Shown here one piece after another: positions 1 to 13,302 of a stretch of 64,000 nt of DNA (positions are counted from its first letter, which is position 1; each line of letters begins with the position of its first letter). The stretch is taken from assembly GCA_951406725.2 (NCBI GenBank), contig OX597831.1:14260001-14324000 (forward strand), in the 5' to 3' direction. The notes beneath the pieces were generated by a model. That model made no database searches, was not told where the DNA came from, and saw nothing but the letters and a program-made list of their open reading frames with translations. Origin of the DNA: Octopus vulgaris (lineage: Eukaryota). The position numbers and the translations under genes were made by a program.

Positions 1-69
1 TGCGTTTAACTCCATTTATTTATTTATATATATATGTATATATGTATATATGTGTGTGTGTGTGTAGAA

Positions 70-230
70 AGTTACCCTCCTAGACACAAGTCCGGGCATT
101 GTTTATGGAAGACCAGCAGTCGCCCATGCAAACCAGCCTCCTCTCCATGCACCAGTGTTATCCAAGGAAAGACAAAGGTCGATACAGCTTGGCACCTACG
201 TCGCAACTCATTTCTACAGCTGAGTGAACT

Positions 231-232
<2 letters not shown>
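70..232 (-). mobile_element. SINE family D fragment
   Basis: Reverse complement aligns with 36600-36770. Confidence 0.65.
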
Positions 233-272
<40 letters not shown>

Positions 273-274
<2 letters not shown>

Positions 275-405
275 CAATTGCAGCGTGGAAGGTGTTTGTA
301 AGCCATTTAAGAAACACACAAAAGCCATTCGATTCACTTCAACATTTAAGTTTAATTTGTGTGTTTCTTAAATGGCTTACAAACACCTTCCACGCTGCAA
401 TTGTT
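273..405. repeat. Perfect 50-bp inverted repeat with 33-nt spacer
   Basis: 273-322 is the exact reverse complement of 356-405. Confidence 0.92.
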
Positions 406-2428
406 TTCGTTTCAGCACACGATCTCAGATCAAATCACTTGCTATGCGAGTACATCTCCCTATATATATATATGTATATTATAGTAAGTGTAGCACCTAC
501 TGAATGTGTTGAGGGCACATCTGATTTGTCCTCCCACCCCTGTTCACACACACACTCACACACATACACATGCACACATTGCACAGAGCCGGACAGCTTG
601 GACATCTCTGGGTTGTCAAGATGTTAGTTTTAGGTTGAGTAGCTTTGCTACTTCCTGTATAGCAATCTCTGGACGTGGGTTTGGTGGAGCTCTGTCTGTG
701 TGTATGTGTGTGTGTGTGTGTGTCTCCAAGTTGTCACCCTGCCGGCTCCCCCCACCCCTACCCCAACGTCCTCCCTAACCCCTCACCTTTATGTGACATG
801 GCTGACAAGTGCAGTGTGTTTATAGGAGGGTCGAGTGTTCTGGTGCTATGTTTAGACATGAGGGCAAATGTTTATGTCTACATGTGTGTGTGTGTGTGTG
901 TGCTTACATCTGTGTATGTATGCGTGTATGAATTTAGATGTATGTGTGTAGATGTATTTATGTATGTATGTATGCGTATGTGTGTATATATGTTTGTATG
1001 TATGTATGTATCTGAGCAAGCTCGACCAGATGGTGATGTTTGTGTGTTTGTGTGTATGCATGTATGTTGGTGTGTGTGTGTGTGTTTCAACATCTTGTAT
1101 GGTTACGTGTATGCGTGTGATATAAAGAAGCTAGTTAGTGCCCGCACATAATTAACAATACACAGACACACTCACACACGCACACACATACTCATACATA
1201 TACATACATACACATATACACACATGCACACTCATAACCTTTTATATCTCTTATCTTCTTCCCCCCCACTCACACATCTGCACATCATAGTTTTCCTCTT
1301 CTCTTTCTTCCTCAAGCACCCCACCCCTGTCTCTCTAAATCTCTCCACGCACTACACACACACACACACACATGCCACCATCTTGTTATCTCCGCAATGA
1401 AACACCAGAAGCTTTTGGAGATAAGTAAAAAGAGTGTCTACATGGTCATTTGAAATCCTAAAAATAGCTGCCACAAACTCCCTCGAATAACACCCTACCA
1501 TCTCAAGAAACAGCGATAGGTTGCATAATACAGTCACAATACAGTCATAATATAGCATGTGGTGATCGTGGTTGGAACGTCTTTGATCATAGGTCTGTTT
1601 AATAAAGGCTGGACCTGGGGTTAAACAACAAAAGTTGTAACAACATCCAGGGTTCAGTTGACACAGCATGTGAAACCTAATCTGAAATCCGCAGGTTTTA
1701 GTCCCTCCCTTCAAGCATATGTTCTTCAAAGGCGGTACCCCAGCATGGCCACACTCTCTAGCTGAAACCAGTAAAAATAAAAGAAATAAGAATGTGGTTG
1801 AGTATTTCTCAGTCACATCATCATCATCGTCATCATCATTTAACATCTGTTTTTCTTGCTGGCATGAGTTGGAAAGTTTGGCAGGAGCTGGGGTTCTTCA
1901 TGTAGTCTTTTGACTGAATTGGTGTGAAAACAGGGCGTGACAAAGGTGGACCTCTGAGTTATGAGTACAATTGAGGTGCAGGTATGGTTGTGTGGTTAGG
2001 AATCTTTCTTCCCAATTACATGGTTTGGGGTTCAGTCCCACCGCATAGCCCCTTAGACATCTTCTTTAGTCTCAAGTTTATTGAAGCCTTGTGGATGGAT
2101 TTGGTAAATGGAAACTAAAAGAAGCCGATCATTATTGTGTGCGATGTAAAAAGCACTCACTACACTCACGGAGTGGTTGGCGTTAGGAAGAGCATCCAGC
2201 TGTCGAAACACTGCCAGATCAGACTGGAGCCTGGTGCAGCCTCCTGGCTTCCCAGACCCCGGTTGAACTGTCCAACCCATGCCGGCATGGAAAACAGACG
2301 TTAAACGATGACGATGTGTGTGCGTGTGCATATGTATGTGTGTGTGTATGTATATATATGTATGTGTGTGTGTATAAACATACACATATATGTATAAACA
2401 AATATATATGTATATGTGTGTCAGGGTT

Positions 2429-2459
<31 letters not shown>

Positions 2460-2488
2460 GTGCGTGTGTGTTTATTTGTATAAAAATG

Positions 2489-2519
<31 letters not shown>

Positions 2520-2935
2520 GTACATATACATGTGTGTTTGTGTGTGTGTGTGTGTATGCATAATGAAACAAAGTTCGTGTGAATGATCTTAACTATGGAA
2601 CATCATTAGAGACATAATCGCAACTTTTACCTTTTAGTGTACTGTTTACAAGCTCCGGTGAATGCTCGTTAAGGTTTCAAACAGCACAAACTATGGAACA
2701 CCAACGATAACAAAATCGCAATCTTCAGTATGAGGAGAACACCTTAGGAATTTATTTATGCATCAAATTAAAGAGATTTTAATAACATGGAATTCCTACA
2801 GCTTGCTCTAGATTTTATAAATGTTTTATCAATTATATAACATCTGGTTTTGATTTCCTTCTTTGCCAGGCTTATAAATTAAAATACTAGTTTTTAGTAG
2901 CTCCCTCCTTCCCTCCCTCTCTCTCTGCCTTGCTC

Positions 2936-2980
<45 letters not shown>

Positions 2981-3446
2981 GTGTTGGTGACCTTGTGCCC
3001 TCAATTAGCATTCGGCCACCTCCTTTTCCCTTCCCACAATGCACTCACCCTATTGTTGCTATCTTTCCTACCTCCACCATTTCTGCCATCTTCACTTCCC
3101 ATCGGCACCGTCACCACCACCACCGCCACCACCCTCGGTAATACTACAGTTCCCCTTATCACTGCTCTCCTTACCATGCTGTGTTTCCATATTATTAGCA
3201 CCTTTCTTCCTCTGTTATTTGTATTCCTATCACGGTTGGGTGTGTGTGTGCATGTGTAGAAATAAATTGTGTGTGTTTGTGTGTATATATATATCTACAT
3301 ATATTATTGGACACTATTTCTTGACAGATGGATATATATGTTTGTTTGTATGTATGTATGTATGTATGTATGTATGCATGTGTATGTATGTATCTATGTA
3401 TATATGCATGTGTATGTATGTAAATGTATGAATGTGTGTGTATATA

Positions 3447-3500
<54 letters not shown>

Positions 3501-3743
3501 TGTATATATATATATATATAATATATATATAATATATTATATATATATATTTTTTTAGTTTCAGCTCAGAGCTACGGCCATGCTGATGTATAATATATAT
3601 ATATAATTGAGATTCAGTTGAATTAGCTACTAAATTAAACTGAGGCACCTTGCCAGTTCGGTATAATCCCCACAGCTACTCTCTAAATTATAGCAGGCTT
3701 AATAAGATATGCATTATTTCCTAAACGCATTCTGCCACAGATA

Positions 3744-4609
3744 CAGGGTGTCCCAAAAGTCACTGATTGGTTTAAATTTTTAATAACTTCCTTAACTTTA
3801 CAAATAAATGGATGAAATTTTCATACAATATAAAAGACATAATAGAAATTAATTTTGCAACACCACTACATCACATATGAAAAAAGAGATCACGTAAACG
3901 ACAGCCATTTTCGGTTTCACATACCCGTGCTCTTTCCAAAACTTGCACCATAACACCCTCAAGAGTTTCAAACCCCACTTCTCTGATTTTTCTATTGATG
4001 TTCTCCTTCAGTTGCACCAGGGTCTCTGGTTTGTTGATGTCAACCCTCTTTTTCAAGTATCTCCACTGAAAAATATCTTGGCTAATCAAGTCTGGGGAAT
4101 GTGAAGGCCATTCAAAGTAGATCTCACACATGGTTCCAGCAAGATGAAGCAACTGCTCATACCACAAGAGAAACAATGCAGTTGCTATGGCAATGCTTTG
4201 GAGAGAGAATATTCTCCCATTACGGCAATGTCAACTGGCCTTCACATTCCCCAGACTTGACCAGCCTCGATTTTTTCTTGTGGGAATACTAAAAAGATAG
4301 GGTTTACATCAACAAACCAGAGACTCTGGTGCAACTGAAGGAGAACATCAACAAAGAAATCAGAGAAGTGGGGTCTGAAACTCTTGAGGGTGTTATGGTG
4401 CAAGTTTTGGTAAGAGCACAGGTATGTGAAGCCGAAAATGGCTGCCATTTAAGCAATGTCATTTTCCATATGTGGTGTTGCAAAATTTGACTTGTGCATA
4501 TTACTTTCCATAATGTCCTTTATATTGTATCAACATTTCATGCATTTATTTGTAAAGTTAAGGAAGTTATTGTAAATTGAAACCCATCAGTGACTTTTGG
4601 GACATTCTG
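3744..4609. mobile_element. Fold-back non-autonomous Tc1/mariner element, DD41D (rosa/Visitor-like)
   Basis: TA at both flanks (3742-3743, 4610-4611), with termini CAGGGTGTCCCAAAAGTCACTGA and TCAGTGACTTTTGGGACATTCTG. Arms of about 370 bp (3744-4110, 4236-4609) each encode the transposase C-terminus. WFQQD...WPSHSPDLTSLD has 41 residues between the last two catalytic Asp. Confidence 0.9.
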
Positions 4610-4769
4610 TATAACATAAAGAAACAATGTAATTATTTTGATGTCTATTATTGATGTAAATTTGTTAAAAATGTTTTATCCTTTATGTTTGAAATCGATA
4701 AGTGGAGTACAAAACTCTTAGACCTTGAGTCACTTGGTTACTTCTGCTAAATATTTATAAATATAGATA

Positions 4770-5438
4770 CAGGGTGTGGTGAATAAACTGTCATCTAAAT
4801 TACACAAAAATTAAAATAACACTGCCATCTCATCTTAATAGATATATTTACCAAAATTACATTGAAATATCTTGAAATACTAAAGAGTAATTTTATTCAA
4901 TAAAATCGCCATTGGCGTCAACCACGGCCTCCGGACAACTTCGGAATCTCCATCAACTCCACTGGACAGTCTCCTTGTATAATTTAATTCATCTTTGGTG
5001 TTACAAGGAGTTTTGATGGTCTTTCACTTAACTGCACCTAAAACATAATAATCAAGGGGGTTGCAGTCTGGGGAGTTAGGTGGTCTGATGTTAGGGGTGA
5101 TGTGGTCGCAGAAATTGTCTGACAGCCATGACTGGGTTCTTCTGCTTGTGTGGCATGGTATAGAGTCCTGTTGCCAGACATAGGGTCTTCCAGCAGTCAC
5201 TCTCTTGAGCCAAGGCAGTACTACCTCCTCCACGCACTTCAAGTAGGCCTCCGAATTGAGTCTGAGGCTGTGTGGGAAGATGAATGGAGGCGAATTGTTG
5301 CCATCACTAGTGATTACTCCAAACACCACGATGTTGACTGGATGTATGATTTTTATCACTCTCGGCACAGTTCCTCAGATTGCACTGCTCTCATATTGAC
5401 ACCCAAACACTCTGAAATGTTCATACTGGAGCTTCCGG
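4770..5438 (-). mobile_element. Internally deleted Tc1/mariner DD37D (maT-like) transposon relic
   Basis: TA then TIR CAGGGTGTGGTGAATAAA at 4770. The ORF at 5024-5368 contains VWQQDSIPCH...PPNSPDCNPLDY (D37D spacing). Confidence 0.9.
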
Positions 5439-5440
5439 CA

Positions 5441-5660
5441 CAAATGTGGTTCAAAGAACAGTCAACAGAATTTTACGGGACAGGAACACACGCACTCATT
5501 CGAAGGTGGAACATTACTATTGAGAGAAATGGTGACTTTGTTGAGACATAGGGATGTGATCCACAGAGGACCAGCTTCATTTTGAAGTATGATACATGTT
5601 CCTCTGTTGGTAATTATACTTGTCCTAAACGAAACGGCATTACTTTTTGACTCATCCTCG
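5441..5660 (+). mobile_element. mariner-type transposon 3' end
   Basis: [34 protein letters not shown], followed by the TIR TTACTTTTTGACTCATCCTCG-TA. Confidence 0.85.
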
Positions 5661-5713
5661 TATATGTACATGTGTGTGTGTGTACATATACACATGTATG
5701 CATATATGTGTAT

Positions 5714-5768
<55 letters not shown>

Positions 5769-5776
5769 CATATGTA

Positions 5777-6120
5777 TGTGTGGTAAGCTTGCTTCCCAAC
5801 CACAGGGTTCCAGGTTCAATCCCACTGCATGGCACCTTGGGCAAGTGTCTTCTACTATAGCCTCAGTGAGAAACTGAAAGCCCATCTTATATATATGTGT
5901 GTGTGTGTGTTGTCTGTGTTTGTCCCCACCCTTATCATTGCTTGACAATCGATGTTGGTGTGTTTATATCCCTGTAACTTAGTGGTTTGGCAAAAAAAAA
6001 AAAACCAATAGAATAAGTACTAGGCTTACAATGAATAAGTCTTGGGGTCGATTTGTTCGACTAAAAGCAGTGCTCCAGCATGGCCGCAGTCACATGACTG
6101 AAACAAGTAAAAGAATAAAA
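5777..6120 (+). mobile_element. SINE family A
   Basis: Same head, body and tail as 17541. Confidence 0.85.
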
Positions 6121-6780
6121 GAACACACACACACACACACATACCTACGTTTATGTACAGATATGTGTGTGTGTGTGTGTATGTATGTATTCACTTATAT
6201 ATGATGACGTGTATGTGTGTGTGTGTGTGGAGGTGTGCCTATTTGCTAAATGTTTACTTATGAAATCTTGTTTACATGCATTCTTTATATAAATTTGCAC
6301 TTATGCATATGAAATAGTGTACACATGCACACGTGTGTGTATATGTGTGTGTGTGTGTGTGTTGATCAGTTGGTTGCTGGAAAGGAAAGGTTTGTTAGAA
6401 CAAACTTCCGTTAAGGATGTTTTGCCTGTTGAACTTAAGGTGAGCCTTGATTAAGCTATTCCAAATGTGACCATCCCATTTGTATTTCAGATATACTATA
6501 TCTGATTAAGACATTTTATTGCCCTGTCCATTGTTGTTGCTATATGCCCTCTGGGTCAGCTCTCATGAAGTAGCCGACCTATGTTTAAAAGACAATCCAG
6601 TCATGACTGTCCCATCTAGCTAATTTGTCTAGTGAGGTTGTCATAGTTTTTGAGGCCAAATTTGTTATCGCTTAAGAATGGACCCATGAAAAGGAGGGGT
6701 CGGGCAGTTGCATCTCCACCTCTCTCCCTCTGTCTATCTATCTACCTTTCTGTCTGTCTATCTATCTATCTGTCTATCTA

Positions 6781-6814
<34 letters not shown>

Positions 6815-6835
6815 CCTACCTACCTACCTACCTAC

Positions 6836-6940
<105 letters not shown>

Positions 6941-7163
6941 AGTCAGTCTCAATCAATCTATCAATCATTGTCCAAGAAAAGCAAATGTGGATTCTGTTGG
7001 GTCCTAATGCTTTCATCATCATTATGAGGAGACAACATGGAAGGGGCCCCCTCCAACCGCTGCTGCTGCTGCTGCTGCTGGTTATAACATTAGCTAGAGA
7101 CAATGGATTGATGATGACGGTGTTAGTAGTGGTAGCTACTGCGATGATGACAAATATGCTAAA

Positions 7164-7198
<35 letters not shown>

Positions 7199-7895
7199 CA
7201 GCAATAGCAATAATGATAATCACATAGATAATTACAATGATGGCAATAATTATGATGATGATGATGATGATAATAACAATAACAGCAATGGGAGCAACAA
7301 ATGAAGAGGAAAATGATGGTGGTGGTGGTGGTGGTGGAGGTAACGGATGATGATGATGAAGAGGGGGTAGAGGAGGAGGGTGGAATGTGGGTACTCTTTT
7401 ACTTGTTTCAGTCATTTGATGGCGGCCATGCTGGAGGACCACCTTTAATCAAACAAATTCACCCCAAGACGTATTCATTGTAAGCCTAGTACTTATTCTA
7501 TCGGTCTCTTTTGCCGAACCTCTAAATTACGGGGACATAAACACACTGACATCGGCCATCATGTGATGGTGAAGGGACACACAAAAAAACATACATACAT
7601 ATAGACACACAAAAACATACATACATATACATACATACATACATATGCATATATATATATATCCATTATATATATATATTGTGTGTGTGTATATATACGC
7701 TGAATTTTTCTCTAGAGAACATTCTTTCTTTGTAGTTTGATCATAGGTGATCTACTTCTAGCATATGGCTGTCCACATAGTGGTTTTTAGCCCTTTAAAT
7801 ATACACATGTATTAGAATTTTCTCTGATTTTTCAGATTTTTGTATGCTAGGCTACTGGTTTTAAATTAATATTCAATTTATCTCCCTCATTATTT

Positions 7896-7929
<34 letters not shown>

Positions 7930-8774
7930 ACCTTTAAATAATGAGGGAGATATAAATATATATATGTATACGACAGGCTTCTTTCAGTTTCCACTTACCA
8001 AATCCTCTCACAAGGCTTTGGTCAGCCCAAAGCTGTAGTAGAAGACACTTGCCCGAGGTGCCACTCAGTGGGACTGAACCCAGAACCATGTGGTTGGGAA
8101 GTGAGCTTCTTACCACAACAGCCACTCCTAAACACCAATTAGAATAAATTTTATTGTCCTCAAACATATCAAAACTTTAAAACTCATCCACCCAAACCAA
8201 GTATTTCTCAATTCAAATTGAGAAATATTTGCCCCCCCCTCTCTCTCTCACTCTCTTTCTCTCTCTCTCTCTCTCTCTGAGGTTCTCTCTTCCTTCCTCT
8301 TTCTCTCTTTCACATTTTAGCCCACCCTGAATTAAAAACTATGAAAAAAGCCAGTCACCCACCCGTCCCACCCCCTTTTCATCTACCCTCCATTTATCAG
8401 TCATAACATGATGGTATTTCACATATAAAAGTGGGTTCCACTTCTCCCCACCACCATCCACCCATCCACCCATCACCTTCCTTCTGCCCCCCCCCCAACT
8501 CTCCCTTCCTCCTTCTCTCAAAATCCATGACAATCTGTGAGATGTCAATATTCCATTTAGTAATTAAGTGAGAAGGTCATTAGGTAACAGAACCGCCCCT
8601 TCCCCCACCCCACCATCGACACACATACGCATGCCTCACCACCCCCACCTCCACCCATCACCACATCAATATCCCATCGTTTTTTTTTCTCAATATATGG
8701 CACCTCCCATGTAATTACATAATAACATCCTCCATCATCTGACCTCTACAAAATCTAGACAATGAGAGCAACCT

Positions 8775-9282
<508 letters not shown>

Positions 9283-9304
9283 TATATATGTGTGTGTGTA
9301 TATG

Positions 9305-9343
<39 letters not shown>

Positions 9344-9620
9344 ATTAATATTTGAGGGAATAAAATCCAAAACTTACAAGGAAAAAAAATTCAATTTAGA
9401 AATACTAAATCAGATTTCACACAATATAATATATATATAAAAATTAGAAAAAAACCACCTTTTATCAATTCAAAATGAACAATTAAATTACACCATCTAG
9501 AAAATTACATATAGTAGAAATATTAACATTAAAATAACACTAAAATGTCAAAGATTAAGTAAATTGCAAAAAAAATAATAATAACGTATATATATTATTT
9601 ATTATATTATTTAAATTATT

Positions 9621-9658
<38 letters not shown>

Positions 9659-9794
9659 GTATGTATGTATATGTATATATATATATTTGTATGTATGGTG
9701 TGTTACGTGAATTTATAGAAAGGTATCCCATAGAACTCAGCAAATTTGTTAAAAATGGAGAAGAGATGTTAAAATTTGATAGAATTTTAATACA

Positions 9795-9866
9795 TGCATA
9801 CAATCATTTCAAACAGTGATATTAAAACATGCAAATTAACTATATATTACTGTTCTCTTCAGTGCA
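9795..9866 (-). ncRNA. Type I hammerhead ribozyme motif
   Basis: Minus strand reads TGCA-CTGAAGA-GAACAGTAATAT(21 nt)ATATCACTGTTT-GAAATGATTGTA-TGCA. Stem II pairs 11/12. Stem III ATGATTGT is consistent with a CpG-decayed ACGATCGT palindrome. Confidence 0.75.
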
Positions 9867-10116
9867 AAAAGTATAACCATTAAATTATTGTTACAGAGGA
9901 CTTGATACAGGGAATAGCAGAGAATAATTTCAGATATATATATTTATCCTTATGAACACTCCAAAATAAAAGGACAAAATATAATTCAACCTTTTCACAC
10001 ACACACACACACACACATATAAATATCTTATAATTATATACATAGTTATAACAAGGGCTTAGCTATGTGCCTCACCACGCACTGAAAAATAGATGTCAAA
10101 AGACACTAGTATCACC

Positions 10117-10494
10117 ATAAATTCTCTGAGAATAACACACCACATAATTGGCTTGCAAACGAAGGAAAATGAATTAAAACTGTTGGTTAACCGTGTACAA
10201 GATCCTGTTTCCAGCTTAAAGTAAAAACTATTACCCATTGCTTTCATCAGCAATGGTAATCCAAAGCATAAATATACGAGCGTCCATGAATGTGTAAACG
10301 AGCTGCGACTTTGCTTAATTGATGTCCATCCACACTCGTAGAAATATACTGCGAAGTAGAATTCACATCTTCCTTGTATACCCGTGTGTAGTGTCTCAAG
10401 ATCAAGTCTGCTGTTAATACAGTTTTAATCATAAATTCTCTGAGAATAACACACCACATAATAGGCTGGCAAAAGAAGAGAATGAATTAAAACT
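10117..10494. repeat. ~64-bp direct repeat pair (10117-10180, 10431-10494)
   Basis: ataaattctctgagaataacacaccacataat..aatgaattaaaact occurs twice. Confidence 0.85.
10187..10259 (-). ncRNA. Hammerhead-like motif between 64-bp direct repeats
   Basis: Minus strand reads ttaccattg-CTGATGA-aAGC...GCTg-GAAACAGGATCTTGTA-cacggttaa. Stem III is near-palindromic (ACAGGATCTTGT) and stem I is imperfect. Confidence 0.5.
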
Positions 10495-10508
10495 TTCAGT
10501 AAACCACG

Positions 10509-10539
<31 letters not shown>

Positions 10540-10815
10540 ATAAAGGATGTTATAATACTATTCCACAGCCATACCTACAGTAATCCAATAATACTATTCG
10601 ACATATACAAAAACAGCTATACCAACAGTCCCACATATCTCCATCATCAGCTGCCCCATGGATATCATTATGGTTTCGACACCTACGCAGTACCATTCAA
10701 TCCGGCAGTGTTAACAGCACTAAAATAAGTGTTGCTTGGGAACAAACAAACCAAAGAAACCACAACTCGCAAACACATTTACCCTGTGTACACCAGCGAT
10801 GATGGGGTGGGGGAC

Positions 10816-10853
<38 letters not shown>

Positions 10854-10877
10854 TATCTACATTCATTCATACATATA

Positions 10878-11124
10878 TATTCTGTTGTGCTCAAGGAGAG
10901 TCATTCTCTTTTAGTGTTTTATTATTTAACACACTCACCGGTAAAGTCAGCACTCATTCACTCCTTTATTCTTTTCTAAAATTTTCATTGTGTCCTGCAA
11001 TCCTTTCCATAGACGTTGACAAAAACGCAACAAAAATTTTAGAAAAATAAAGTATTGAACAGGTGAGTTTGATATAAAATAAGACACAAAAAGAGAATGA
11101 CTCTCCCCAGACACAACAAAATAT
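10878..11124. repeat. Imperfect ~250-bp palindrome
   Basis: ggagagtcattctctttt pairs with aaaagagaatgactctcc, actcacc with ggtgagt, and ttttctaaaatttt with aaaattttagaaaa. Confidence 0.8.
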
Positions 11125-11177
11125 GCTTCAACACACAAACTCACATAAAGAATCTTGCAAACCAAATCCCAAACGAA

Positions 11178-11269
<92 letters not shown>

Positions 11270-11449
11270 TTAGAGACAAAAATTTTAATAAAAAGTAAAA
11301 ATTTTATGTATTGATTAAGTTTTTCCTTGTTTGTTTTGCAAAATAGTGGTTTTGTCTCTAATTAATATTATATAATATTTTACTATAAAATTGGATTTAA
11401 TCCTAAATCTGATTTTTTCCCTGTAAATTTGGATTTATTCCCTAATATT

Positions 11450-11452
<3 letters not shown>

Positions 11453-11513
<61 letters not shown>

Positions 11514-11626
11514 GCATGTATATATTTATATACATATACATACATATATATACATATATATATATTTATATATGTATTTATATATGCATATTTATATATA
11601 TATATACATATTTATATATATATACA

Positions 11627-11664
<38 letters not shown>

Positions 11665-11757
11665 CATATATAGATATATATACATATTTATATATTTATA
11701 TATGTATTTATATATGCATATTTATATATATATATACATATTTATATATATATACAA

Positions 11758-11798
<41 letters not shown>

Positions 11799-11880
11799 CA
11801 TATATACATATATATACATATTTATATATATATACATACATATATATATATATATGTGTGTGTGTGTGTATATATATATT
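11453..11880. repeat. Compound (TA)n/(TACA)n tract
   Basis: Direct reading. One of dozens of (TA)n, (TG)n, (TATG)n and (TCTA)n tracts, e.g. 6730-6940, 23635-23940 and 41220-41470. Confidence 0.95.
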
Positions 11881-13133
11881 TCATTGTGTTCTTGAGCAAA
11901 ACACTTCATTTCATATTGCGGTGCAATTACTTCAGCACCTTACGCATGGTACGCCATACTCTGGTTTTATTTCACTTCCATATTTAATAATCAATTGGTT
12001 AACTTCTTGACCATTTAACTAATCAGTTGTTTGTCTAATTGCTTGGTTAATTGATCAATCAGGTTCGTGAACGTCCTTTCATCCCTGGGGTGTGTCATTG
12101 ATGAGGTTGTGTATTGTGACAAAACAACTATGACAAATCTTGATGATTGATTGACTAACCAAACAATCAATCAACTGCTCAATTAATTAATCTAGTTCTT
12201 GCCTTTTATCATCTACTTATTTCAGTCATAATACCATGGCCATGCTGGGGCTCTGCCTCGAAGAATTTTAGTTGAACAAATTGAGCTCCAGTTCTTACCT
12301 TTTTTTTGTTTCCCAAACCTGGTACTTATTCTGTCATTCCCTTTTTTGCCAAACCACTAACATACAGGGACATAAACAAACCAACACTGGTTATCAAGCA
12401 GTGGTGATGATGATGATGATGATGATATATATATATACACACACACATCAACATAACAGCCTGCTAACAAATCTACCTGTGTGTATATAAACTGTGGTTA
12501 TTGGGGTATCACTACCTTCTGCGTATATCTCTCATTTAGTACTGGGTGTGTTAAATTTATGTCGACATACTCCTGCCTTTGTCTGAGACAAATACTTAAG
12601 CAAATACAGGAGTTTCTGGCTTGTCAAGTGATTACATGGTGGCACCCCTTCGGGCAGTTCAATGGTGTGGATTTGTCATAGATTTGGGCGTTGGCTTCTT
12701 TGAATATTGCATTTTCTACTCTATAAATTTAGATTAGGTTGTGTATATATATATATATATATATAAACGTGCGTGTGTGTATACGTTCATATATGCATGC
12801 TTGTGTTTGTGTGTCTTATCGGGTGTGTCTGTAAGTTTGTGTGACGCATCATGTTTCTGTGTGTATATATGAACCAATTTATATTCATCTGTCTGTGCAT
12901 GGGTGGAAGATGGACATTCAACGATGATGATTATGTGTATATATTGGTATATAAAGTGTATTTATATATAGACACAGGCATGGCTGTGTGGTAAGAAGCT
13001 TGCTTCTCAATCACATAGCTCTGGGTTCAGTCCCACTGCATGGTATCTTGGGCAAGTGTCTTCTACTATAGCTTTGGGCCAGTCAAAACCTTGTTATTGA
13101 GTTTGATAGACAGAAGTTAAAAGAAGACCATCA

Positions 13134-13165
<32 letters not shown>

Positions 13166-13267
13166 AAGTTAATCCAAACAAGAAAACAAAAACAAAAAAA
13201 CAACAACGCAAGGACGTGGAACAAATAAAGTATTATTGGACGCTCAGGGAAGAAGGGAAGAAGGAGG

Positions 13268-13302
13268 GTTTGATGTTTCGAGCGGAGCTCTTCGTCGGAA
13301 AC
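13268..13302 (-). ncRNA. Minimal hammerhead-like motif, degenerate core
   Basis: Minus strand reads GTTT-CCGACGA-a-GAGC tcc GCTC-GAAAC-ATC-AAAC. Stems I and II are perfect; there are two core or stem III substitutions. Confidence 0.55.

Noticed and set aside
2691-2707. 17-mer ctatggaacaccaacga shared with about 62839-62855
   Set aside because: The flanks do not align convincingly. Probably an old repeat remnant or chance, and not interpretable here.
10590-10700. Minus-strand CTGATGA with nearby GAAT and GAAAC
   Set aside because: I could not build consistent stems I and III in either permutation.
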